Assembly (NCBI GenBank): GCA_039027395.1 | Contig: JBCCKK010000001.1 | Location: 1-46,331, forward strand | Source of the DNA: Verrucomicrobiota bacterium | Lineage (GTDB): Bacteria; Verrucomicrobiota; Verrucomicrobiia; Methylacidiphilales; JBCBYL01 | Direction of reading: 5' to 3' | Length of the DNA: 46,331 bases | Shown here: in pieces, positions 8,930-19,800 of the stretch | Layout of the letters: each line of letters starts with the position of its first letter | Numbering within the stretch: the first letter of the stretch is position 1 | Notes under the pieces: model-generated | The model's input: only the letters and a program-made list of their open reading frames with translations | Database searches by the model: none | What the model was told of the DNA's origin: nothing | Position numbers and translations under genes: made by a program

Positions 8930-9237
8930 CTAGACTCTCGCGGAATTTACTACAGTGATCCGGGGCGCCTCACTTGGGCGGCTAACCCCGCGCTTCCTTC
9001 TCGAATCGTATTTTTTCACCACCAGCGTTCGGAACCATTTAAGCAAGGTTTGCGGCGTCGCGAGCTTGGAGACTTCCTTGATCCAACTCTATTGTATCTT
9101 CTTGGCCTTTGTCGCCAGTCGTCTACGCTGACGGTCATCGAACTGCAGACGCCTTCCATGCATCTCCTTCAGTATCCGAATCTCCTCCTGAAGATATTCG
9201 ATCACAGCTTGCTGATCTCGATTGATCCAACCAGCTA
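8930..9237 (-). pseudogene. Remnant of an rve-type (integrase-core) IS transposase: N-terminal HTH region with an in-frame stop
   Basis: The minus-strand translation is LAGWINRDQQAVIEYLQEEIRILKEMHGRRLQFDDRQRRRLATKAKKIQ*SWIKEVSKLATPQTLLKWFRTLVVKKYDSRRKRG. This matches the N-terminus of a transposase family I recognise, but it is interrupted by TAG and lacks the catalytic core. A second, more diverged copy of the same segment appears at about 9378-9530, and possible C-terminal scraps at about 8700-8900. Confidence 0.45.
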
Positions 9238-9808
9238 GGCAAAAGAGGATAAGATGACACAGACTCATCGCAATAAAACGCCACTCTCATCCCGATTTCC
9301 AATCAAAACCTCACCTCCTCTTCCTATCATAACACGCTCAGCATTTTACACTTCCGTACACACTCTATTTTTATACCCTACAGGGATTTCGCCCGAAGAA
9401 GAGATGATCTCCGACCTCGACGAGCAGAGATTTTCGTCCTTTCATGCGTTTCGCCTAAGAAATCGTGGACGATTATGGCCCTCTCCTGTTTTTGATTAAC
9501 TGCCGTGAGCCAGCCCATCCTCATCAGCCCTCCGACAGTGAACGACAGCTCATTAAAGGAATAGCCTCCCCCTAATTTATCTGGCCAAATATTGATCCAT
9601 TTCAAAGTTCAGGATTTATCCTGAACGCTGTTTTCAAGCCCGGCGTAGCCAAAAACCTAGCTGAGAATTCTCAAACACACGAACGCACAAGGGAATCAGT
9701 TCATGATGGAAGATCGAACTGACCTGCTTCCAGAAAGTTATAGGGCCAACTACGCAAAACCATCAGACGAAGGGGAGGGTTCTTTTAGAGTTCGAAAAAT
9801 TCAAATCA

Positions 9809-10177
9809 CTAAAACAACTGAGACTTCGCAACAACTTGCCACTCATCTTCATAGACTATCATACCGGGCTTATCTGTTGTTAAAACATCAGTCACAATAT
9901 CTAGCTCAGAGAACAAGACAACGATCTCGCGACAAAGTGATATCCATTCAGAAGATGAGTTCTTAAACCAACTTACAAAATTATCATCCCACTTTTTCTC
10001 TTCAAACGGTGGAACAGGTAAATCCGCGTCGAACTTGTCCATTATCTCTGATGCGGAATCAAGATAATAGGAAGGAATTTCACTACTTTGCAACAACTTG
10101 TCGAGCCAAGAAACAATGCCAGTGCAGCGCAATTTATCTTTGTGATCCGTGAGAACGATAAATCTTATGTATTTCAT
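9809..10177 (-). CDS. Putative cognate immunity protein of the RHS C-terminal toxin (122 aa, acidic)
   Basis: It lies immediately downstream (23-nt gap) of the RHS gene on the same strand, which is the canonical rhs-CT/immunity arrangement. No recognised domain. Confidence 0.55.
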   Translation of the reverse strand: MKYIRFIVLTDHKDKLRCTGIVSWLDKLLQSSEIPSYYLDSASEIMDKFDADLPVPPFEEKKWDDNFVSWFKNSSSEWISLCREIVVLFSELDIVTDVLTTDKPGMIVYEDEWQVVAKSQLF

Positions 10178-10200
10178 TCGATCCCAAATCCACTAAACAT

Positions 10201-13200
10201 CTACGTAATTATAATTCCACACCTTACATTAGGATGACCCCCACTAGAAATCGTTCCACTAGGGCAATCTCCACCGCCTCCACCGCCACCTCGAAGTTCG
10301 GTGCCGTAAGGGCAGCTACATCTCCAACATCCAGGACATTCCTCACTACAACTCGCACCTGAAGTATCGGCATTTCCCTCCCACAAATCATCCCAAAACT
10401 CCAAATCAAATATCGAAGGCGTATCAAATGCCTCTTGAACTGCCAAATCCACTGCAAGAAGACTAGCTCCTGCCCCCGACCTAGATGTTCCTCTGGTTTT
10501 CCCACCATGGCCTTGCGCTTTACCGTGCCTGTTTGCTCCCCGCGATCCGCGCTTCTTAGGCTTTTTGTGACCTTTACGATCAGCATTACGTGAACGCCCA
10601 GGCTTATTGCGTCCCCGCCCCTTCTTTTTCCCAAGGATGTCGTAACTATTGATTACAAAGTTACCAACAAATCCATAAAGATTGATACCACCCTCTTCCG
10701 CAATCGGATCACGACTCATCCACCTTCCGCTCACCTGATCATAGAATCGATATCCATAATAGTACAACCCAGTGGTCGAATCTTGCGGTTTCGAGCTAAA
10801 TCGATAATCAAATCGCGAGACCATCGATCCACTTACCGCAATTGTTTTCCCGAACGGATCATACTCGAAGTGCGCAACTACTTCGCCTGCTTCGCTCAAA
10901 TATTCGCTGATATTACCATTTCCGTCGAACGCTGGATAAAAATGCTCCCCCGAATCGAGATCACTTACAGCAAGAAGCCCACCAACACCACCAGCTTCTT
11001 GCATTCCGCCGCTTAAGTCTGATCCCCATGTATAGACTGTTTCTTTGTCGATTCCGTTCTCCCTCTCGCGACGGAAAATTTCATTCCATTTGTCGAAAAC
11101 ATGGAAGGTCGAATTACCAGAACTATGAACAGTCTTAATCCTTCTACTTTGAGAGTCATAGAAATATTCGACAGAAGCGCCAGTAGGTAAAACAGCGCGA
11201 CGAAGCCGGTTTTCCGCATCCCACACTAACGTTGAATTAGCGGTCAAATCTGCTGGGACCGGACTACTCACAGAATTTCCATCAGAATCGTAGGTAAACG
11301 ATTGCCCTCCGACAGATTCATACTGATTAAGACTATTGCTGACATAATTGGTAACAATCGAATCTTCAACGCTCGTAACCCGATTTCCTATCCCATCGAA
11401 AAGATACGCCCGATTGTAGGTAGGATCATCGCTATGAATGGTCGAAACTAATTCGTCGCGATCATTATATGTTAAATCAAGACTATAACCATTTTCGATA
11501 AATGAGCTCCCGCTAACCGTTACTGCTTCTCTTCTTCCTGATGAATCATAGGTATAGGAATAGCCGCTTACCAGCCCCTGATCAAAACTAATTGTGTTCG
11601 TCTGCACAGTAATTAGATCTCGATTTTCTTCATACGCGAGACTCACGGCATGTATTGGACCAACCGTTCTCTCCAGCAATTCACCATCCGAGGCATCATA
11701 AAAATAGTCGAAAGAGCCCGCAGATGATGTTACCTGTTTTAAACGACTTTCTGATCCATAACCGTATTCGATTAGATGCTTCAACGTCGTTCCATCCTTA
11801 AGAGATAAAGATTCGGGTCGAAGGAGTGAATCAGAAGAGCGATCCAGTATCTGAGTGAAAGCTCCATCCGAATATGAATGCTCCTCACGGACCGGAAGCA
11901 TAGAAACCGGATCGTAGTTTATTTCAACACTACTCACCCCAACCGTGCTTTCGAGCACCGGACGGCCTATCCTATCACGGCTGATGATTACGGAAGGGGT
12001 ATTTTCTGGATCGTTTTCATATACTTTGCTCACTAGGCGATTAAAACCATCATACCCATATCGAGTAACGACACCACGTGCCCATGTTCGGGTAATTCTG
12101 TTGCCCGCGGTATCATACGTAAACGATGGACCGCTTCCGTCTGGGTAGGTCTTTCTCAAAAGAAGGCCGGTTCCAGCTTCGTATACCCAATTTGTCTCGT
12201 CTCCAACATCACTTGGATTCCTTCGAGTAATCATTCCGATTAACTCTCCAAAAATACTATAGTTAAATTCCTGGTCGTAATTCGCAGTCCCTTTTTTCAG
12301 AATGATTCGATTTAATAGATCATAAGACGTCTGCTCATTGGATCCGTCTGGGTAATTCGTTCGGATTAGTTTTCCAGCCCCAGGCAGCACTTGCAACTGG
12401 TAAGCAAAGCTGCTTCTAAATCCGGCTGCGTCAGTGTAACTTTCAACGAGATTACTACTTTGAGCATATTCTGTAATGGCAAATTCTGTGTGTCTCGGTG
12501 ATTTTTGCCCAACTTCCCTTCCAAGTGAGTCATAAGTGTATTGATATTCACCTGAGTCGCCCGGGAAACTCTCTTGAACTACCCTCTTCCCATGCAGGAC
12601 AGTTTGGTAAAGCTCTGATACTCCAGATGAAACCGTGATTTCAGTTTGAAGAATGGAATCCGAATCAATGCGAATCTCATGGACGTCAGTATTTCCCACT
12701 AGATCTGTTTCTTCAACAATGCTATATTCTGATTCCGTAAATCCTGAGACGGCAACGCGTTCCGTTGAAATGATTTTGCCAACATCAGAATTTGCGTCAG
12801 GGAAGAGCACTTGGCGTGTTACGATCCAAAGACGCCCATCTTCTAATTCATGGAGAGAGTCTCTCTCAGTGATTACATCGGTGGCGGAAGCAGTGCTAAG
12901 CTGGGTATCATCAGCACTCTTCCCCGATCTTATTCGGTCACATAATTGATCATAAATGAAAAGGCTGGCAGGTTCCCCGGTTTTTGTAATCAGGCTGGGG
13001 CCGCAGTATGGACCCGCTCCATACTGATATTGCACTACCTGAACGTTTCCATCGAAAGCCGGTCTTGATTCCATTAGAATTCTTCCCAATGGATCAATGG
13101 TCTTATCGGTTGTCCTCGGACCGCTTGCTTCGGCAATCGAATGACTTGTACGGATTCCTCCAGTTAGGCCCTCGTAGGAATAATATTTTGGTATTACTGC

Positions 13201-15708
13201 ATCCCCGGTCACTGAAAGGAGTTTCCCGTCTGGTGCTTTCGTTTCTACAATCGATCCTCCATTCGGTAGAGTTTCGGTCTTTATCAGATTATCCTCACTG
13301 TAACTGTAAAAAGTAGTATAGCCGTTTTCATCTGTGTTAGATATCACCCTGCCTTCGTCATCAAAAACCTCCGTGCTTGTCAGACTTAAATTTCCTGCTA
13401 TAACAGTCTTCACCTTAGTTTTCCACTTTGGCATTCGCTCATCCGTCATCTGGAAATCGCCGGTGTAGGTTGTCACAATCTCTTCCTGTGCCGCGAAGTC
13501 TCCTTGCGCAGGGATCGCCAAACGGCGCTCTTCAATGAGCATGCCCACTTGGTTGTAGGAATAAGTCCACTGACAACCATGCAGATCAGTTTTCGCTGTC
13601 AGGTATTTTCCGTCCCACGTCTGAGTGAGAAGGATCCGCTCCTGGCCAGTGAGGAGATCGACTCTCTTTCTTTCCGTCAATTTGCCATGATCATTGCGAG
13701 TTTCTTCGATCCGCTCGTAATCAACCCAACCACCTCCAACATACGCCGCGTTTGTCATCGAGACGGCCCAACCTCGACTATCCTTCGTCGTCACTTCCCG
13801 CATCGACTTACCCTCAACCGTTGTTCCGCTCGCGGTAAGACGATTTGTCTTCGTCACTTCAAGTCCATCGTCCGGCAAAACTGCATAGGTATAAGTGGAA
13901 AGATTACCTTTCTTATCCAGCGATGACTTGAGGCGACCCTGATCAGGGCCCGCTCCGTGGTAACGGTCTTCAGTAATCAAACTCGCTGCATTACCGGCTC
14001 CATGCGAGACGTTTGATACCATCTCTTCCCGCTCCACATACTCGCCGTTGTCAAAGAAGTAAGAGTTGAATGTTTTCGCCACGATATTTCCATCGACGCG
14101 TTTTATGGTCCGGCGCGGACGATAGTCGACTAACTTCGGGATATCCTGAGGGATATTCGGCTCATAGCTGTAGTTTTCTTGGCTCCGAACTCCGTTGTTT
14201 GGATCACCAAAAGGCCTACTCCGCATCGTCATACGCTGTTCGTCATCGTAAGCGTAATCACGAACCGCTCCTGACCTCGCGACCTGCCGGGTGATTCTCC
14301 CAAATGAATTCGGGTCCCAGGCAACCGCATTGTAGCTTCGCGTGCGGGCCACCGAAGCTCCTCCTCCAAACTGTTCGGAAACTGAGACTGGAAGGAAGCC
14401 ATAGCTTGTTCCGCTCACCTCATACGTTCCGGATGCAGGCGCCACTCCGCCTCCCGGAGCGCTCTGCAGTTCAAACCGCCGCTGGAACTCACGATATCCT
14501 GGCTGGCCTTGGCTTGGAGCTCGCGTCAAGGAACGAGAGTGCACAAACCCACCTTGAGTGACCACTTGCGACCAGCTTTCTGAAGCACCGGCACTACCGC
14601 CTCCACCTCCTCCGACTGCTGTCTCAGAGAAGTATTCGAACTTCTCTTCAAACGATCCAATCGTCCGAGTCACAGTAATTCCAGGGCTGTTTTGACCCCA
14701 GCTGTTCAGGTTTGCGACAACTCGAAGAGTTTCGATTGGTGTGCCTTGCCCTTCGTAGGACACCTCACCTCCAGATACTTGGATGATTTGGGAAGGTGCA
14801 TACTTACGGATTTCGTAAGAGGTGTCTGTGAACCGAACGACGTCTATCAATCCAGCTGGCGTCTTCAGCTGTCGGAGGTTGCTCACTCCGGGGAAGAACC
14901 CTATCGAATCCGTGTTAATCGTCTCCGCACCGGTCCCAACGTTGGCAACGATCTCGATGGGCAACTGATCAAACTCGTAAACTCGCCCTGGATCAGTCAC
15001 CATCCGGACGGCAAAACCACCCGCCTTCGGATACTCGACATACCCACCAGCTGCACGATATTGGCGCAAGTAAGTTGCTGTCTGCCATGTGGCCGGATCG
15101 CCTGTCTCAGTGACGTAGGTTACTCGTGTTTGCGTATTGGCCTCGCCTCGCATCGGACGGCCAATGATCGATTCGCCTGGATTTTCCGGATCGTCTGCAA
15201 TCAGGAAAGAGATCGCACTACCATTTGCTTGAATGATTCGATACTCATTGTTGTTCCCAAGGCGAGTTCTGCTTTCGATCCGCATCCAAATCGATCCGTA
15301 GACCGAAAGAAAATTTTCGGATGCGAGATTCGGCACGGGAGCCTGGGAAAATAATCGAACGGATGCCGCTCCCAGCTCCGGCTCATTTGGGAAAAGCGCC
15401 AAGTTCACTCGATGTGAGATCGATCCCAAGTCCTCCGGACAGTTCGATCCCGGACCAGAACATTCATCATCGGTATCAGAAGAATCATCGGACTCATCAT
15501 CACTGCCACTACAATCCCCACTTGAATTTGGAGATTGAACCCCATCACTAGTCGCACTCGAAGAACTATCCTGATCTTTTGATCCATCTGGCACCGGCGG
15601 ATTAGAGCCTAATACTGATAAAGTGGTGAATAGAAATAATAAGAAGAGGAAGGACACAGGTCTCCTCGGAAATAATACAAAACTTACTTTAATTAATGAC
15701 TGTTTCAT
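10201..15708 (-). CDS. RHS/YD-repeat protein (1835 aa) with signal peptide, RHS-associated core and a divergent 142-aa C-terminal domain
   Basis: Many YD repeats are present (YxYDxxGR/N, for example YTYDSLGREV, FTYDTAGNRI, YSYTYDSSGRR). The core end motif is YYGYRFYDQVSGRWMSRDPIAEEGGINLYGFVGNFVINSYDILG. The N-terminus carries a hydrophobic signal sequence. Confidence 0.9.
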   Translation of the reverse strand: MKQSLIKVSFVLFPRRPVSFLFLLFLFTTLSVLGSNPPVPDGSKDQDSSSSATSDGVQSPNSSGDCSGSDDESDDSSDTDDECSGPGSNCPEDLGSISHRVNLALFPNEPELGAASVRLFSQAPVPNLASENFLSVYGSIWMRIESRTRLGNNNEYRIIQANGSAISFLIADDPENPGESIIGRPMRGEANTQTRVTYVTETGDPATWQTATYLRQYRAAGGYVEYPKAGGFAVRMVTDPGRVYEFDQLPIEIVANVGTGAETINTDSIGFFPGVSNLRQLKTPAGLIDVVRFTDTSYEIRKYAPSQIIQVSGGEVSYEGQGTPIETLRVVANLNSWGQNSPGITVTRTIGSFEEKFEYFSETAVGGGGGGSAGASESWSQVVTQGGFVHSRSLTRAPSQGQPGYREFQRRFELQSAPGGGVAPASGTYEVSGTSYGFLPVSVSEQFGGGASVARTRSYNAVAWDPNSFGRITRQVARSGAVRDYAYDDEQRMTMRSRPFGDPNNGVRSQENYSYEPNIPQDIPKLVDYRPRRTIKRVDGNIVAKTFNSYFFDNGEYVEREEMVSNVSHGAGNAASLITEDRYHGAGPDQGRLKSSLDKKGNLSTYTYAVLPDDGLEVTKTNRLTASGTTVEGKSMREVTTKDSRGWAVSMTNAAYVGGGWVDYERIEETRNDHGKLTERKRVDLLTGQERILLTQTWDGKYLTAKTDLHGCQWTYSYNQVGMLIEERRLAIPAQGDFAAQEEIVTTYTGDFQMTDERMPKWKTKVKTVIAGNLSLTSTEVFDDEGRVISNTDENGYTTFYSYSEDNLIKTETLPNGGSIVETKAPDGKLLSVTGDAVIPKYYSYEGLTGGIRTSHSIAEASGPRTTDKTIDPLGRILMESRPAFDGNVQVVQYQYGAGPYCGPSLITKTGEPASLFIYDQLCDRIRSGKSADDTQLSTASATDVITERDSLHELEDGRLWIVTRQVLFPDANSDVGKIISTERVAVSGFTESEYSIVEETDLVGNTDVHEIRIDSDSILQTEITVSSGVSELYQTVLHGKRVVQESFPGDSGEYQYTYDSLGREVGQKSPRHTEFAITEYAQSSNLVESYTDAAGFRSSFAYQLQVLPGAGKLIRTNYPDGSNEQTSYDLLNRIILKKGTANYDQEFNYSIFGELIGMITRRNPSDVGDETNWVYEAGTGLLLRKTYPDGSGPSFTYDTAGNRITRTWARGVVTRYGYDGFNRLVSKVYENDPENTPSVIISRDRIGRPVLESTVGVSSVEINYDPVSMLPVREEHSYSDGAFTQILDRSSDSLLRPESLSLKDGTTLKHLIEYGYGSESRLKQVTSSAGSFDYFYDASDGELLERTVGPIHAVSLAYEENRDLITVQTNTISFDQGLVSGYSYTYDSSGRREAVTVSGSSFIENGYSLDLTYNDRDELVSTIHSDDPTYNRAYLFDGIGNRVTSVEDSIVTNYVSNSLNQYESVGGQSFTYDSDGNSVSSPVPADLTANSTLVWDAENRLRRAVLPTGASVEYFYDSQSRRIKTVHSSGNSTFHVFDKWNEIFRRERENGIDKETVYTWGSDLSGGMQEAGGVGGLLAVSDLDSGEHFYPAFDGNGNISEYLSEAGEVVAHFEYDPFGKTIAVSGSMVSRFDYRFSSKPQDSTTGLYYYGYRFYDQVSGRWMSRDPIAEEGGINLYGFVGNFVINSYDILGKKKGRGRNKPGRSRNADRKGHKKPKKRGSRGANRHGKAQGHGGKTRGTSRSGAGASLLAVDLAVQEAFDTPSIFDLEFWDDLWEGNADTSGASCSEECPGCWRCSCPYGTELRGGGGGGGDCPSGTISSGGHPNVRCGIIIT

Positions 15709-15733
15709 CAGGTAGGCTAAGGAACGAGTTTAC

Positions 15734-16774
15734 TTATTTTTGAGAAATTCGGTTTATCGCAGCGGATGCAGCGTAGGAAAGAGCCTGTTCAGAGCCTTTG
15801 ATAGACTCTAGTAAAGGGAGATCGTTCTCACTCCCAACAAGTCCGAGTGCGGCGACAGCGCTGAGTTTCAGATCAGATTGCGTGAATCCATTTGCATCGA
15901 TCTCGATTTCAGTGGTGTTGCTCATGCGCTCATCGGTGAGGACCTCGCGGCAAATCATTGAAATCTCAGGAAGGTTCATCTCGGCTCCCACCTGCAGCGC
16001 TGTCATTCGATTTGTCTTGCTCGTGACAATGTTACCCGATGCTATTCTGAGGACGACGCTTTCTAATGCCTCTCGAGCTTCAGTTGGTTTCGCAAACTCA
16101 CTACTTCCCATCGCGAAGTGAAGTGCGGACAAGGAAGTTCCGACCATGTCGAGTTCCAAGTTCTCCTCCTCTTGGATCATTGCCAGAATTTCATGAAAGG
16201 TTTCATCTCTCTTTTCTTGATCTGGCTCCATCGCGACGTCGGGATCTGGCGAGGCAATCCAAAGAGTTAGGTGCTGGATCGCATAGTCTCGAGTGACTTC
16301 CGGCACTTCCCCATCTTGGGCACAACGAATCAGCTCTGCGGTGTAAGTCTCTGGATCAACTCCCAAAAGCCGAAACTGCTCCATGATTTCATTGGCAACG
16401 ACAAACCAATCATCAGGACGTCCTTCAGGATGGCGACGAAGAATTGCATAAAGCTGCGCAAGAGTTTCCGGATCGTTGATCTCCGGGATCGCAACGACTT
16501 CGCGGACAGCTTCGACTCTCTCTCTCCAATCTTTCGAATCGTCGGAAATGCTAAGGAGAAGAGAATCAATGCGTCTCTTTCCTTGCGCCGAGGTCGCCTC
16601 AGAAATTGCCGTGTCGATCTTCGATTCGACCACAGCTGCTATCTCTGGTTTCGCCGTTCTTGTAGGAACCAACCTTTTTACGACTAGCACGATAGCAGCG
16701 AGGGCCAAAATATACAGGACCACGTAGACAGGGAACGGAATGCGGAAGTCTGACTCTTTGGATTCCATTTTCAA
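15734..16774 (-). CDS. Membrane-anchored helical-repeat (HEAT/ARM-like) hypothetical protein
   Basis: N-terminal TM segment FPVYVVLYILALAAIVLVV, with the remainder helical. Located between the PA14 protein gene and the RHS gene in the same operon. Confidence 0.5.
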   Translation of the reverse strand: MKMESKESDFRIPFPVYVVLYILALAAIVLVVKRLVPTRTAKPEIAAVVESKIDTAISEATSAQGKRRIDSLLLSISDDSKDWRERVEAVREVVAIPEINDPETLAQLYAILRRHPEGRPDDWFVVANEIMEQFRLLGVDPETYTAELIRCAQDGEVPEVTRDYAIQHLTLWIASPDPDVAMEPDQEKRDETFHEILAMIQEEENLELDMVGTSLSALHFAMGSSEFAKPTEAREALESVVLRIASGNIVTSKTNRMTALQVGAEMNLPEISMICREVLTDERMSNTTEIEIDANGFTQSDLKLSAVAALGLVGSENDLPLLESIKGSEQALSYAASAAINRISQK

Positions 16775-16813
16775 CTAGGGAAACGGATTAGAACTTAGGA
16801 ACCAAATTGTCTT

Positions 16814-19800
16814 CTAATGGCGCCCGAGGTGATTGCCGTCAGCGTCGTAAAAGTCGACATAGTGACAGTATCCTCCGTTGAGATGCGCCGGATAGCGAAA
16901 CTCTAAGTAAGCCACCCCATCATCGAAGTCCGCCTCGGTTAAAATTCGTGTCCGGGTTCCGTCGAGGAAGGTCACTCCCGCTTTGAAGATCGTTACCTTA
17001 ACGTACCCTCCTGGTGGAAGGTCAGTAACAACGAGCGGAGTTTGCAAGACTCTGGCCCCATCTGCGGTATAGCCAATGAAAACGGCTGCATCATTTCGAA
17101 GCGCATCAGAAAATCCCATGGTCGTGACGCTTCCAAACGACACGATCGGACCCGACTCAAAAAGGCGGGCCGCCAAAGGAAGGCTGCCGGGCTGCCGGGC
17201 GAGGAGGAAAAGGCGCTTTCCACCCTGAAAGCGCTTCCGCTCACGAATCAAAAGGTGCGGAGAGGAATCAACAAAAAGATCTTTGGAAACTGCCGGAAAA
17301 TTTCGCCAGACCGGGCGATCTGCAAAGAACGCGGTGGGTGATTCGAAGTCTGCGGTGTAAACTTCAAAGTTGACGGACCGCGTGCTTCCATCGGCGCGCT
17401 GAGCCGTAAGGGTGACCGTCCCGGGTGATGCAAATTGATGCTGCGCCGTCTGCCCCTGACGCACAAGGTAAACAGAACCATCCACGGTTACGGAAGTTTC
17501 GGCGCCCGGAAGAGCGGAACTATCAATTAAGAGCAACTCATCACCGATTCTTAGGTCAAGTGATGGATCAAGAAACGCTTCCCACGGTTGCCATCCAATC
17601 TCGAGAGAACGTGCATCGGTGCCTCCCTCAAAGGAGAGATTCAGTGAAGTTGGTCCTGTAGGGCTGAGCGCGACATTCGAATACCAGTGTTGACCGCTGA
17701 GTCCCTGCGAAATCGTCATCGGCCCTGTCGAAGCCGCCCCCGTCAAATCACCTTGATAGCGAACACGACCTTCAAGAAACGCTGGCGAGACAAAGCTTGT
17801 ATTCGCCACTGGATAAATATCGTTGGCACTACGGGCTCGGTCCGTGATCCAATCTCCCTGACCGTCTCCATCTGAATCGAGTCCCGCAGCACGAATAACC
17901 CGCAGCGATTGGATTTGGAAAGATCGCCGACCAACGCGATTGTCGATGTAAATCGAGAACTGATGGCTGCCAGCGGTTAGCCACGGGGTGATCACCCGTC
18001 CAATCGATGGGTTTCCTCCGCGGAAGCGCATTGTGAATGGACTCGTTGATCTTCCACCAACCGAAGGCACAAGCGTGAGAGTTTCTTCTTGGCGCAAGGT
18101 TCCACGAAGACGACCTGTGACCTCAAGAAGCCAGTACCCGTCACTGGGCACGGAAAAGTCCCAGGAAATATCCCCACGAAAGTTGTCCGCAATCAAACCG
18201 CCATCGAACCACTCCCAAGTTGCACTGGAACCAGTGTATGTTGTGAGATCGATTTCACTGACAACTTCAGGAGTGATATCATTTGAAGCGTTGGGATCGG
18301 TCCCTAGATTGTAGACCTCATCATAATCGCTGAAAGAGTCTCCATCACTATCCGTTAGGGTCGGATGAGTTCCGAGAACATATTCCTCCAAATTCGTAAG
18401 GCCATCTCCGTCGTAGTCACCGCGCTCCCCCTCTCGCTCCATATCACTAGATCCGTTATCCTGAGGATCTAGCCCCATGTCCGATTCCCAGGTGTCGGGA
18501 AGGAAGTCATCATCAACATCATCAGCGGTTGGATAATAGCTGGAGAGAGCTTCCGTAGGGATCGGCTCGCGATCAGCTCCTGGTGGCGCCCATGCGAGAC
18601 TGACATGAGATCCTTTGCCGTGACCTTGCTGATGCAGAACTTCGAAGAAGTAGGTTTCACCCTCCTGCAGAACAATTGGGTCGCTTAACTGTGAGCTATA
18701 GCGATCCCAGAGATTTTGGGAAAAGAAACTCACTCCCTGCAATGATCCGATTTCGGTCGAAAGCTCCGCGATCTTTTTCTTGTGGTATTTACTCCCAGAT
18801 ACACTGGAGAGATAGAAACTCGCTGAGGTTTTCGCGCTAACCCAAAACCGATATTCTCCGGAAGAGGGAGCGACAAAGTAACCGCGAAGCCTCGTTGCAA
18901 AGTAAGGACCCTCCATCGCCCCCGTGCTTGAGCCTTCGATGAGGTCAGTCTGGTCTGGCTCTCCGAAGTAGCGGTGATCCGTCAGGGTATCGCCGAGATG
19001 ATAGTAGGGAAAATCATCCCAAAACTCGTATCGAAGATGGCCAACGAGGCTTTCCGGCTCGAACGGATCGAAGTTGTAAAGGGTTTCCTCGGCATGCGTA
19101 AGACCATCACGATCTGGGTCTGCGCCCGCAGAAAGTGTCCCCGTTTCGATAAGCGAGGGATCAAAGCCATGCTCTAACTCCCATTCATCTTTCAATTCGT
19201 CACGATCGAGATCATTGGGCTCACCGCCGTAAAGGGACAGATGCTCGACAGGAAGGACCTGAAGGGTTCGATGAACATCTGTTTGATCGGGTCTACCGAT
19301 GATTTCAACCTCGGCGAGGGAAAGAACCTGATTCCCAGCGCGACTCTCCCCCAAAAACTCAATACGGACGAATCTCGCTCGCTTTGCACTGGTGAATCCA
19401 CGATAAACAAGCGCGCGAGCAAATCCCGAGGTTTCAAAATAGCTCTGAGAAAAAATTTCATTCCGCAGTTCGTCTAAAAAAACAAAACGGAAATTGGAAA
19501 GGCGGTTTTGATCTTCGTTCCGGTTCCAAATTTTGATCTCGTCGACCTTGCGCTCCACGCCAAGGTCGACCTCCCACCAAGCTCCTGGCTCGTCATTGGT
19601 TTCCGTCACAGAGCGAACCGCCCATTCTGGATTTCTATTCCCGTCAATCGCTAGGGCAGCCTCACCGAAGCTGTAGGTGCTGGATTGAGTCGCAGTAACA
19701 CCTTCTTCCTGCGTCCAATTGACCTGACCCGCGCCATAAGACCATCCCACCGCAAAATGAGCAGATCCTAGGTCTGTTTTGTGGAGAACCTCAAGAAAGA

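Noticed and set aside
9608-9627. The 20-bp perfect palindrome GTTCAGGATTTATCCTGAAC as the rho-independent terminator of the RHS operon
   Set aside because: On the minus strand it is followed by only TTT, and on the plus strand it has no upstream gene. The loop would be 2 nt. It is therefore kept as an unexplained palindrome in the IS-remnant finding rather than called a terminator.
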